Shown one piece after another: positions 47,201 through 56,191 of a stretch of DNA of 56,543 nucleotides. Position numbers and translations under genes: made by a program. The DNA is taken from the NCBI GenBank assembly GCA_965649825.1, contig OZ287713.1, positions 1 through 56,543 on the forward strand. Reading direction: 5' to 3'. Under the pieces are notes generated by a model. That model saw only the letters and a list, made by a program, of their open reading frames with translations, was not told the DNA's origin and did not search any database. Source of the DNA: Penicillus capitatus (taxonomy: Eukaryota > Plantae > Chlorophyta). Each line of letters begins with the position of its first letter. Within the stretch, counting starts at the first letter, position 1.

Positions 47201-48518
47201 AGCAGAGGTCTCGTGGTACAACTCAAAGTTGGCCGACCGCCTCGACTCCAAACTATACTCCAAATGGGTCTATCCTTGTGTGGTAGTGAAAGAACATAGT
47301 GACCACCGTTGGGATATCCGTATGCCCAATGGTTCGACGCTGCACAATGTCCATCGTGACTTCCTTCGGAGATTAGGCAGAAGATAGGTGGGCCCATGTC
47401 GTGTTAAGGCGTAGCGCTCACGATAATGCGCTCATCTACTTACACTTGTGTCGATCTCCAAGTGACAGGTCGTAGGTTCTCTATAGCTTCCCATCCACAA
47501 ATAGACCCGCGGCTCTACGTCACAGATTCCAAGTAGATTCCGGAATCTTCTCAGAATATTCCTTCTTTGTTCCTTAAATAAAGTACCCTATAAAAGCGTT
47601 GTCGATGTACAGATCTCGTCTTTCGTTTGTAAGGCTTTACGTTTCAAAAAGGTTTACGTGCGCCCACCACTCAAATTGTTCCCATCTAAAACCCTACGCG
47701 ACAACAGGCGCCATGTCATCAGATTGTTGATCACGAGCAGATCTGTTGTGACGTACCTCCATCGATCTTCGTCAGCGGGTTGAAATCTGGTTTGTTTATT
47801 ATATTCGCATCGTAATTCCACAGATCCAGAATACTTGTTAACTGATAGAGCAGGCACACGTCATCCGTTAGATGTCTGTTTCAGAAGGGCAGGGATACGC
47901 ACCAGACACGTCGAGTTATTACTCGGCCGAACACAGATGTCGGTGAGTTTATACCATTCGCCATCATACTCGACTTCCAGAGCCAGAATCTCTTCATACA
48001 CCCTGTACAGTTCTTGGATACTCTCACGCGCCACCGTTTCATTTTTTAACAGGAGGCGTCCTTCACAACCGTTTTCCTTAAGGGCTTTGGGATGTCGGAT
48101 GGACAGGATCCGAGCCTAGACAGAGGAACAGTCGTTTTCCAGCATGGGTGACGCAGGTATGGCATACTCGATCGGTGTACGAACCGTACAGAGAGTCAAC
48201 GTAGTCCTTGGCGTCGAAGCTCTCAGCATCATCAGGCGTGAAGAGGTCGTCGCTGTCCAATTCCATGGTAAGCGTAAAGAAGAAGGCCACAGACCAGATA
48301 AGGCCAAAGATCGTCGTCGCAGCGATAACGGTATACGGCTTGCGACTCACAAAGCCTGCCCACATGCGAAAGGCTTGGGATATTCCTAGGGAGATGCCAA
48401 AAGCTAAGCACCCAATCAACGATCCTTGTAGAGAACCTTTATCGACTGCATTGCTGAGTCGCTGAAGATCCGCCGAAAAGTTCGACGGGGAAGAAGCGTT
48501 GTCGGTGTTTGACTGCAT
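38288..48518 (-). CDS. Patched/NPC1-family sterol-sensing-domain membrane protein, interrupted by an intronic LTR retrotransposon
   Basis: SSD exon (ILPFLILGLGIDDTFVI...LERAGSSIFVTSATD), C-terminal TMs (NLVLAVGIAVDYSAHIAH...IGGEVISGAFTT) and N-terminal TM at 48.1-48.5 kb. The frame joins KIDG|DEELFDQF across the intron holding the element. Confidence 0.88.
40759..41065 (+). repeat. 5' LTR of gypsy element
   Basis: Base-for-base identical to 47,397-47,703 on manual comparison. Confidence 0.98.
40951..40994 (+). promoter_or_regulatory. LTR TATA box (TATAAAA) and chlorophyte-type TGTAA poly(A) signal
   Basis: TATAAAA at 40,951-40,957 and TGTAA at 40,990-40,994. TTTGTAA is also present in the other two LTR families (54,388; 54,832). 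Confidence 0.5.
41065..44394 (+). CDS. ORF1: signal peptide + torsin/LAP1-like domain + membrane segments fused to Gag (CCHC) and aspartic protease
   Basis: ATG at 41,065. MVSERVLPMLLWVLCYAAVTHG; GCPKGIIFYD; ALRRRFGYAIPV; hydrophobic segment 42,700-42,930; CERCNKKGHSGRDC (43,885-43,926); LLDTGA (DTG 44,074-44,082). Confidence 0.9.
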   Translation: MVSERVLPMLLWVLCYAAVTHGAWFGWKDGIVELRNKTLTSIQNNVRSGEDWIDGYIVNLAHDLNTKEPVLFQEKATSTILYCTTGKCDSLTNEIRKEPDLHKGGCLLYIKTPGDYSVDAGMIQKEIAEFVIGCPKGIIFYDAAGGLSMGETNMLIKVLSEGARIYWDGRPISTTDISLFLLVRGEPHPENWGQKELLDTSRQRVYDLTYGDPRNGKNDFTVMSSARALRRRFGYAIPVADPEDQSGLSAGERISTGKEQPEERSKATYSDEIDEIVESVDAYLEDEYDDLYVGTEPGALDFVYAIPAEAQQDTYEDTATPQSEPEVEDTQSEEGQGPEQELPPENVFDMHGLGNALHLDAREPWAAIPVWMRDLDITWPDYVTEMMTSAVVGLTTHGVINWVANRGVLSVFYPTNLLTTVTVSVINNLPSRPKIEGELKAFNESLYDLNQFENISMSGSSTNSQGQQDSQDAWGPKGLNDDWKRLNDTLDEIRKTIYRINEHTGNLKTALDECICESQVTGWGNSHENETFLDRSIKWLTGARDNAVTWMLGTLWDKFGLRAIRSALATGNGWQLVGAAMLLYKVAAWILNVFRNIRKVVMRVVAITQGICWLLRIVWNLMRGHRAQAQQLTQELTTQQSSQEQSPPTPTQQSPPPPSQSPPQESTPSSSPSRPVAPSQSPPPPQHSAPRRADQQNTVTEIHPDPSPEVRQDTEQRGLIQSLMESVQAMQDGLMRRAAELEDRLVNRQGRLEEVVEASILTIGQRVEAVEDRMRVQQVGCELHHPEPEPSHETQGTTERKQSQQIRQDSDKRRPSEAATPHTPKSQTPTRHVEKDGPTVKNVHRMLPKRKENLSQFTRRMSKLLELIDDPVKYATATERIFNIANAQIQARLRGLPWGDAGNWPRVQRIIDECLHGGRNTRSNAPNNDKQGVRQEYGHTCERCNKKGHSGRDCPVLAKAPKTTESGTLGQANPVQRQNSQRMIQYNVPLNMENIAGKISCLLDTGAQTNILPAKLARRHNLVLRSSKVRDVTSFNNQTTRPSGEIALVCTLGKQSAEIPFVVCEGVQRPILGMQALQAFKLQLNCEEDAVYDDKGNKILIHNVSVSKN
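41066..41078 (+). promoter_or_regulatory. Primer-binding-site-like sequence TGGTTTCGGAGCG
   Basis: Directly follows the 5' LTR. It starts with TGG and is 10/12 identical to the tRNA-iMet PBS TGGTATCAGAGC. Confidence 0.7.
44385..44391 (+). promoter_or_regulatory. Predicted -1 ribosomal frameshift heptamer A_AAA_AAC
   Basis: In correct X_XXY_YYZ phase just before the ORF1 TAA. The -1 frame is open from here into pol. Small GCCTG...CAGGC hairpin at 44,402-44,419. Confidence 0.8.
44385..47387 (+). CDS. Pol: dUTPase-like remnant, reverse transcriptase, RNase H, integrase
   Basis: RT: KPNGKIRPTIDFR, LPQG, YFDD (45,519-45,530). RH: LYTD...GEL...YSDN...NVIADLLSR. IN: HAGHFG...CETC zinc motif, LCLDFIGP, ILCDNG, VEAFN, and a C-terminal GPY/F-like module. 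Confidence 0.96.
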   Translation, partial: KKLRCTPVFQQADDDSQKPQIKRLVLVKANWKDETPQDRQKERPTSLALQVTESIDRELFPFKQNGWIVFMAGRSFVLGPFRSRRIILPFKFSETTIWTAFFDCTHNKNIFCKVKVHANGQISVVIFNQSDTPQHVTSKMRLCCAKGNIDSIADVDGTEYPLREKTKRVHNVSVLTTLDKDTTVAQLREEFPRVFSDTIRPTTNRLWDIRVRGRDLCWQGEPKPCWRENYVSDLTNEEISKEIDSLHMEGVIRQLSVAEAIHAVVAPLNFIRKPNGKIRPTIDFRDINTYLEGTQGGTIIPVSNIIQKVDPKWTVYTIVDIVHGYGSIPIDDNISLFFALHWNGVTYGFRRLPQGVNVSPELFNNRMTHILQGLDVVRYFDDILIGGETEEELLDKTKLLLKRFDEYGLTINCQKCDWFETSVSFLGTELSGGTLNPYHRAQAILQKLPTITSRHDVQKAMGLCQQLAQYCYKYDAIVTQLKPFLKREHNDYTKADEIYKDAVQSLCISTYRLTLERRGPFHLYTDWCGNPLNQFGYVLLNSTLQPVLFGSFTTKQRVGSFLGELMGIVRALKECYFVIKQTEVFVYSDNMATVNWLKEPTFLHKFKDLRIQRQHCWLRHHFSHDRLHFCFVEGKDNVIADLLSRWRDNAPVEFHTKKKQQGYQVNAVSYAPEERTELIKKAHAGHFGVRKTFLNLRSDGTRWTNDFNDVRDYVNNCETCQMFRNPRSEVDLGMIDSPSPNHTLCLDFIGPLNRGSHGFRYIATGIDAFTKFGVGRPCKTCSAAQAIKLVLEWARSFGAPQRILCDNGSAFIARSFESTCAQHGIDLLHTPTYSHKSAGTVEAFNRNLVNRLRRIWAEKGGDWTTHVSTSVHEINRTIHSTTLFCPQYLLTGTQRNGTTTSPQQLDTDRGLAYQRIIKAHQQNKTRHHKKVKNRPMEVGAEVSWYNSKLADRLDSKLYSKWVYPCVVVKEHSDHRWDIRMPNGSTLHNVHRDFLRRLGRR
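47397..47703 (+). repeat. 3' LTR of gypsy element
   Basis: Identical to the 5' LTR and followed by TSD ACAG. Confidence 0.98.
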
Positions 48519-48924
48519 CGAAGAGTTAACAGACAGTAGGAGAAAGATTGAACAAGCACATGGCCTTCGGTGAGGAAGCGCGCCCCTTATACTCTCCGTC
48601 GATGTGACCTAAGTGAAAAGAAATACCTACGTTATCTCTTTGTGCAGCGTTAGCTGTTTATTACGTAATCGTAGGGTTCTGTCGTTCATGGACAGGGACG
48701 ATCTATATGAAATACCCACGAGGCACCTCCGTTCTTCGACGAACTTCCTTCAACGATAGACTCTTGTTTTTTAACCGCCTCTTCGGTTGTCCTTTTGCAA
48801 ACGCTAAGGCGCAGCGACGAACAGATTGTTATGCTATGACCTGACATGTGGCTGCTCTGCCGATAGACAGACTGAATGTGTGATGTCCGATGGTTTCTAG
48901 GAGACGTGCCCACGAACAGGCTAA

Positions 48925-49610
48925 ATGGCTGGGTTCGTGAGTGACAGGCAGTCTTGTTAGATTTCTTGTCTGCTGACCTGTGCTGACGTCATCGAGGACT
49001 TTGCGCCTTCGACGTTTCCCAGCATCGAGATGTTTTCAAACGAGACTGCCCCGCAACCCCAAGAGCGCACCTTCGTCGACGAGACGCAATGGTCAAAGGT
49101 AAAGACGTGCAAAGAAGGATGCGCCTTCGTGAGGATTTCTTAGCCTCCGGTGAAGGAACCGCCACCCACCATGATCACGCAGTTCATGGCTGGACTGCGC
49201 ACCGATGACGAAGTGCGTCAGTTTGTGAACAACGCATCGCGCCCGGACGACATCGCGGTCATCGAGTTCGGGGCATCGTGGTGTCATCATTGCCACCAAG
49301 TGTTTCCCGAATACTATGCCATGTCTCGACAAGTAGGTCACTTCACTCACTCCTTTGACGAGAGCCCTGTACATGAACTGTGCGCAGTTTCCGAAGCTAC
49401 GCTATGCCGTTGCACACATCGATGCTCTGAAAGTGGAAGGAAAGGTGAGGGGACTAAGAGAAGGAAGGCGCTGCGAAGCTGTGCGTGTATGTACAGCATC
49501 TGCAGAAGACGCCGACATTTACATTCTATCGCAATGGTCGCCGGATCGACGAAATCTGTGGAACCAATATGCAAGCACTCAAAGATCGCCTGTGGCTATA
49601 CCAAGACTAA
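48925..49610 (+). CDS. Thioredoxin-like protein with WCHHC active site (multi-exon)
   Basis: IAVIEFGASWCHHCHQVFPEY...PTFTFYRNGRRIDEICG. Start codon uncertain. Confidence 0.8.
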
Positions 49611-49852
49611 CACCCAGACGACATCTCAATAGCACAATCTACATTTGATAGTCCGGCGAAGACACGAGCACCTGTCGAGAACAACTTCTGTCTCATACCT
49701 GAATCCGTCTTCGGTCGTCAGCGACGCGTAAACGCTCTATCAAGGAAGGCGCTTTTGTGCGCGATGGACTGAGTATGAGGATGTCACGATTGCGTGGGGA
49801 CAGCCTCGTTACAAGAAGGGATATCGGACATGCACAGTGCCGCGGTATTAAA

Positions 49853-52800
49853 TCAGCGCCTCGTCGATTGTTTCACGCAGCTCTTGCGCTGGGGACGGTT
49901 GCCAGGTATGTCTGGCTTTGGAAACCGTAATTCAGGTGTGACCTCATCCATCGTCGCTTCCCTTTCCGTCCTGCAAAGACACATACCTCACTCCACGCCC
50001 TCGTCTTACCTTGGCCTCACCCATCGGCGAGAACAATGCGGACAGTGCCATCCGGAAAGATAATGTCCTTGTCTCCGTTTGGCTTGTGTGCTTCGACTTG
50101 GCCGATGTCGAAGTAGAAGGTATCGACGTTGGTGTTGTGCGTCACCTGCCACGTGCTGAGATCCGAGTAGAAGTACTCGACGCGACCGCACGGATGCACG
50201 TGCTTCACGTCGGCGTTGGCGAACCAGACGACAACACGTCCACCGGGATACGTTTGTTTGGTCGTCCCGTTGTCGAAGGTATCGACTTGAGGCCCGTCGT
50301 GGCTCTCCTCGATACCGCGACGCTTCGATGCGTCTGATCTGCGTTCTTCCTTGGCTGAAGAGACATGACGGCGCAGGTTCGTTTTCTGTTCCCGGTGTAA
50401 GTTCATGACAGTATCGCTGGGTTTGGCACTCGGTCGCTTCGCACCTCTGCTGGGTAGACGAGCAGCATCCGGCGGCAACGGCGCCTCCATCTCTGGATCA
50501 TGACTATTCGATGCTTGTGCATTGTCTGCATGGAGATCTCTGTTCGCGTCAAGTGAAGGATCGACCCGGTTCGCCGTCATAGCTCCTTCTTTCGTCAGAT
50601 GCGGCAGACGGTCGACCGCTCTCGGCAACGACTGGGACAGAGAACAGGGATTCGCAGTGACGGCAGGGTGATAGAGGTATGGCATTCGATCGCCTCCAGT
50701 CGATGCCGTCCAGTGATCGCCACCACTGACCCTCGGATGTGCCTCTCCGTGCATTCCATACGATACAGAACTGTGCATCCGTTCACTGTGCTGAAGATAC
50801 TCAGTCCAGGAATAGAAAAGAGGAGTTTACCTCGGCATCATAGTTGGAGTTGGCAGATTCTGGCCGTCGCGGTAGATCGCACTTGGATTCTGTGGAAATG
50901 GACGAAGGCTGTCTCCAGAAGAGAAATCCTTGGTCATGTGTCCCTGTTTGAAGGAAGGAAAGCCGAGAAAGGAACTCGGGGGATTCAATAGGAGATTGGG
51001 ATAGGACAGCGGGTTGATGGTGCATCCAAACCGCTCGGACGGAATGCCGCTACGCAACGGCCACTGTCCCGTCGACTGAGGATCGCCGTGGGGGAAGCCA
51101 CAGAGCGTAGAATGCATCCTTGGCAGGCCGAACGGACCAGAAGTGCTGTGTAAGGGATGTTGGAATTGAGCTGTCTGAGCTGAGGGCAATGACGGATCCT
51201 GCAATCCGTGACCCACGTCTGCGGCGTGACGCAGAAATGCCGTAGTCGATGGCTCGTATCTCGGCATCTGCGAATCCGGCATTGGGTTTTCCGAGTAGAA
51301 GGGATTCTCTAACTGAACAGGCCACTGTGCATTTCCTGCCAATCCATGATAAACCCCCCAACAGTCTATTCCAGCAATAGTCGTACCGAACGAAGGTGTT
51401 TCGCCAAGAGGGCTGCCTGCCGGCACGGTGTCTGTCTGGATTCCCGCCTCAGTCGTCAAAAGGGGAGAGGTCCCCACGCTTTACATAAACGAGACTCTGA
51501 GTCTGGGGACATACTCTAAGGAGATACTTTTTCGAGGGTTGCATCGCCTGTCTTCCTTTCTTCTTCAGATGCGCCTCTTCATACCATTTCACCTCTTGAC
51601 AGAGCTCACCATTCTTAATCTGTTATGCACAACAGCTGGTATTGCGCATCTACTGCTCAGGATCTTGAACCTGGAGCTGGTGCATTTGGTCCTTGAGGCG
51701 CTCCACCGTCAATCTGTGTCGTGCTTCCCTCGAACGTGCCTCCTTGCGTTCAGTTTCTAAAAGCGCTTCCAAGGACTCGATTTCCGAGCGCTCTTTCTTG
51801 TTTGGGAGTTTCAGCAGTGCCTTGCTTTGTTGTTCCAATACCCTCCTCTCGCGTTTGATCTTCTTCAGCTCTTCGGTCTTCATAGCCTCGAACTCCGCCA
51901 TTGCACGCGACTGCACGTACGCCATACGAACGGTGACCGCTGGAGGGTGCACGCACTTGCTTCTGCTGCCACTCGCGCTTCTCGTTCTCCAGTTCGTCTT
52001 TCGTGGACTGCAATCGTCGCCGTTCGGCGAGCAGACTCTCTTTTTCTTTGCGCTCCAGATCAGGAGATGGCGTGTTCTCTGCCTTGAAGTCCTGTTCGAT
52101 CAGTCGGTCCAGAAACGAAGAATCGACGACGAACGCTCCCTCGGCCGATCCGCTCTCTCGCTTCGTCTTCGACACGCGCTAACACCACCCACAACTAGAG
52201 ACCAACCACCAGCCATAGGCGACGGACCTTTTTGTTGGGCGCTTTCTCAGACTTCGCCTGGGCGATTCTTTGCTTTGCTTGCGTTTGTTCAGGGACGGGC
52301 TGTCGTCGAGGAGGAGGTGTCGTCGACAGCACAAGGCTCTCGCCGTATGGCGTCTTGGTAACTCGCGCAGCCGACATCTTCTTGAGCTTCTGAAAGCCCT
52401 TTTGGCCAGACATTGGACTCGTTTTCTGTTCGGAATTCTCTTTCTTCCTTCGGAACTCGTCGACAGGTCCCGCTTCGAAAACATCGCCGACGTCTTCCTT
52501 CGGCGACGGCGGCGTGCGTATGACGTCCGCGTCTCCCAATTCGTGCGGCTCTTCGAAAGTGACATGCTTCTTCTTAAAAGCGTCTTCCGCTTTCGCGAGT
52601 CTGTCCCGTGTTTCGTCCGCAATTTTCTTCTCTAAAGCAGCAAATTCGCGAAGCTCCATTGCCTCGACCCACTGCTCATCTTCGTAGCGTCTTTGACACT
52701 CGAGCCACTCAGATTCGCGCTGATGTTTCGCCTCGATCCCGTTATTGACATCGTCTCTTGTGTCCACGTCTAAGCAGTTCTCTGAACTCTCCACCACACA

Positions 52801-53223
52801 GCTTCCATCCACCCGGGACTCGTCATTCGTCAGATTCGAGGCGTCGACTGACAACGACGACGCGATAAACCGTTTCGGATGCATCGCACTCTCCTCCTCT
52901 TCTTCGACAGCGAGAGTGAGCGCGGAGATGGGCAGCGTCTCCTCAGGCGCTTGTTTGTCGTCGGGGGTATCTCTCGGTAGAAACGTCACAGACTGGGTGT
53001 CTCTGAGGTCGACGAACCGATCGTCATTGTTCTCACTCCTCTTGCGTTCGCGCGCCGCCTGTCGCTCCAATGCCGTCCGCTGCATCTCTTCGCGTTTCTT
53101 CTTCGCCGCATCTCGATACCGCGATGCATAAACGCGTCGTGCCGTTCCTTCTCCGCGTTTGAGAAACGGTTTCTTAGGCCGTGTTGACGGCGCCACTTGG
53201 ATTTCGGCCACTGCGTCATCCAT
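49853..53223 (-). CDS. CENPJ: Centriole protein SAS-4/CPAP (CENPJ), multi-exon
   Basis: N-terminal KKPFLKRGEG motif, central coiled coil, and C-terminal Tcp10 G-box repeats (FDNGTTKQTYPGGRVVVWFANADVK...HKPNGDKDIIFPDG). Confidence 0.87.
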
Positions 53224-53399
53224 GGGAAATCAGTTTGAAAGTCGTCGATCGATTGAAGATCTCCACTTACACGAGATTGATCTTCCGATGCAAAAAGTCA
53301 AAACGGACGCACGAACAAAGAAGGCATCTCTGTCTCACTTCGCCACATTCATTCTTCTCATCCGACATGCTTTGAGAGCGCTGTCTGCTTGTGTTGTCG

Positions 53400-54075
53400 T
53401 CGGCAGTTTGTTGAAATCTGGAATGATGCCAGTTTGTTCGATATCTGTCATATCGGGAGTGTAATACTTGCCAACCGTGAGCGTCCCCTTCGGGACGTTT
53501 AGTATCATTCCAAATCTCGCGATACCGGGGTAGCCGATCAAATCTTGTGTGTTCCCCTCCACTACCAGGTAGCTGAGTTCTCTCTCTAGCCCACAGATGC
53601 GTGTAGCCACCGTTACTCGACCCTTCACGTCAAGGGGCGTGTCTGCAAGCGCACACACCCGGGTATCGGTTCTTTGAAGATTCAGTGCCAGTTGTTCACA
53701 GGTACTCTCATTCAGCAGGTTGACCGTGGCACATGTATCGATCAAGAACCTCCGGTTCCTCACCACGGCTCCGTAGGCGACTTGTCCCTCTACATATGCC
53801 CTTTCTGTCGCCTTCTTCAGGACGGCCACTTCCTCTGGCTCCACTGTTCGCCCTCGCTTTTCGCTGGGCCCCATACTCAAGGAAATTGCGCTGTCGCCCG
53901 AGGACCCCTCTTCCTCCAGCCTCACCTGAACTTCAATGAGCTCTTCCTGGTCGGCCCTTTCTTCTGCACATAGCGCCACTGGTTCACTCTCTGCAGGCGA
54001 TGCTGGCCTTGACGTCATCCGAGAGGGCCCTGAGCGCATGGCTGTCACATCGACGGGTGAAATCATGGCGACCCC
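53400..54075 (-). mobile_element. Truncated retroelement gag-protease remnant (target of the nested insertion; continues past 56,510)
   Basis: Retropepsin RFLIDTCATVNLL...DLIGYPGIARFGM. The frame is reconstituted across the ACCCC TSD as RGRALLAGRRE|GVAMISP. No RT downstream. Confidence 0.75.
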
Positions 54076-54156
54076 TGTCGGCAAGATGGCGTTTTGCTGA
54101 TGTGACTGTCTTGTTTTCGATGGGTCCACATTCAGGGGGGTCTTGGTTGAATCACC

Positions 54157-54709
54157 TGTCGCCAAGAGCTGGTTTTGGCGATGAGACTGGGTCTGGCGAT
54201 GAGACTGCTCCGCAGCGGTGATGGGACTGCCTCGTTCGAGAGGGGGTCAGGCCTAGAAGGGGTACTCAGGAGTCGTGTCACGGAAGGCAAGGGACCGAAG
54301 GGGCCCTTAGTCCATGGTGGAGAATGGTGGATGACTCACCTGTCCATCATGTGGGAGGGTTAAAACCCCAGGGGGCGTTTGAACCTTTGTAACTTTTGTG
54401 TTGTGTGTTCTCGAGTGTTTGGTTCAGTGCATTCGCCCTGGCTGACGACGACGAGCGACACGTTTCGCGCGCCACTATTCCTTATCCACCGCTGTACCAG
54501 CACACGCCATACTTGTCTGCGTTAGAGTTCTTTCGTAACGCGGGACGCGAAAATCCCGACAGCGCCGCACACCCACAACCCGACGCAACCGAAGTTGACG
54601 ACGCCTCTGAGGACCCATTGGCCGCAGGACCGGCGGACGTAGACCTCGGTTCAGAAGGATCATACGAGGAGGCAGACGTACGCGAGGCACCACCTGCGGA
54701 GCAGCGACA
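54157..54709. mobile_element. 553-bp solo LTR of a third family, inserted in the 5' LTR of the gag-only element
   Basis: Termini TGTCGC...GCGACA, flanked by TCACC/TCACA (5-bp TSD, 1 mismatch). The empty site gaatcacctgagg is seen in the 3' LTR. Confidence 0.88.
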
Positions 54710-55099
54710 TCACATGAGGCCATTTTCTTTGGTTCTGAGGCTAGGGTGATTCACCTGCCTAGGAACGTCGCGTCACCGCGCACATACATAAGGACACATT
54801 CTGAACACTCAGGACCTTGCTCCAGACAGTTTGTAAAGTCTTCCGCTGTTAATCTTTCGTCCGGCCCGATCGCCAACAGTGGTTTCGTAGCGTTGATACG
54901 TTCCTCAGTTGGGGCTCCGTCTTTGTGACGTTGCGCGGCTGCTTTGTGCGTTGCGCTCCCCTGAGTGGAGAACGAGTCCTGTCTAGGCGACTAGACGCAG
55001 CAAGGAAAGCCCCAGGGACGACGGTCAAGGGATGAGTCACACACGAAGAGAAAGGGGGCGGAGCAGGGTCGGGAGGTAGGCAGAGGCGGGCTTTATATC

Positions 55100-56191
55100 G
55101 TGGACGACGGCGTCGAAAGTGTTACTGAAAGCATCCTCGCCTACGTCGGTGAAGACGAAGGGCTATGCCCTAGATTTCGCGGACATAGAGTGTGGATAAA
55201 GCCGACTGCCGACAGACTTGTCGAGGAGGAGTTCTTGTTGGTGACACTGACGGATATGGTCGCGTTCATCGGATACGTTTGCCCGCGACTGCAGGAAAGA
55301 CGAGAGCTACGAGATCGTGAGGTCGCTGTGGAGAATGCGTATGAGCAGATGCGGCAAGACGCCACCGAGGCGCAAAGAGTACGGTCTGAGACGGCTATGG
55401 AGAACGAGCAACTGCGACAGCAGTTGCAGGTCGAGCGAAAGGGGGCCTCTGAGGCGAAGCAGAGATTACGCGAAGGAAAGGAAAAGGTTCTACAGCGTGA
55501 ACAGCAAAGCGTGTCTGAGGCGCGGAAAGCATGTGCTGACGCGGCCAGGGAGAGTGAATGGTTGAAAGGGCTCAACAAAAAGCTACAACAAGACATTTCC
55601 GAGGCAGAACGGGGCATCGTCGAGGCTCGACGAGACGTCAACGAGGCGCGCGTAGAAGCCTCCTCTCTACAGAAGAAGCTCGCAGAGACAGAGACGGCCT
55701 ACGAAGAGGCCAAGAAGCATTTTATTCAAGCACCTGATTTGGTGCCTTGTCTTCGGTCACTGACCGACGAGGTGAAGACACTACAGGAGAATGTGCAGAC
55801 GAGCGGTGAAAGGACAGCTGAGATGGTGGCGAAGAGACCAGCTGAGGGACGACGAAGTGAAAGGACGTTGCTACAGATGAAGCGCGTCTTGCACGATCTT
55901 GGACGGTTCCCGCGCCGACGACGGACGAGGGCAGCGGATGTAGCAGATGATGGCAGGGGTGCCATCAGGCGCGGTCAGATCTGCTACAGCTGCACATGTA
56001 AGGGGCATCTGGCAGAAGATTGTCCACAGAAACGGACAGCGAATACGGTTGAGTCATCGATTCCGATATCGGATTCGAATCAGAGAGTACGGGATCCACA
56101 GGGGTCAACCGCAGAGGCATCGTCATCAGGGTGGTCCGTCATCCCACTGATCCTTCGACGGACTCGGACTTTCATCTCGGGCTTCGACTGA
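55100..56191 (+). CDS. Gag-like protein: long coiled coil plus one CCHC zinc knuckle
   Basis: About 170 aa of E/Q/K/R heptads, then CYSCTCKGHLAEDC. No protease or pol. The ORF-track start is GTG; the first ATG is ~50 codons later. Confidence 0.75.
   Translation: MDDGVESVTESILAYVGEDEGLCPRFRGHRVWIKPTADRLVEEEFLLVTLTDMVAFIGYVCPRLQERRELRDREVAVENAYEQMRQDATEAQRVRSETAMENEQLRQQLQVERKGASEAKQRLREGKEKVLQREQQSVSEARKACADAARESEWLKGLNKKLQQDISEAERGIVEARRDVNEARVEASSLQKKLAETETAYEEAKKHFIQAPDLVPCLRSLTDEVKTLQENVQTSGERTAEMVAKRPAEGRRSERTLLQMKRVLHDLGRFPRRRRTRAADVADDGRGAIRRGQICYSCTCKGHLAEDCPQKRTANTVESSIPISDSNQRVRDPQGSTAEASSSGWSVIPLILRRTRTFISGFD

Larger units (their letters stand above)
40759..47703 (+). mobile_element. 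Intact Ty3/gypsy (Metaviridae) LTR retrotransposon
   Basis: Two identical 307-bp LTRs (TGTCG...CGACA) and a 4-bp TSD ACAG (40,755-40,758 and 47,704-47,707). PBS-like TGGTTTCGGAGC. Domain order gag-PR / RT-RH-IN with intact frames. Confidence 0.98.

Noticed and set aside
54156-54713. 558-nt GT-AG intron on the minus strand that would fuse ATG 54,723 to the protease frame, with 56,34x as a spliced retrocopy
   Set aside because: The segment has TGTCGC...GCGACA termini and a 5-bp TSD, so it is a solo LTR insertion. The apparent ORF start is just antisense LTR sequence.
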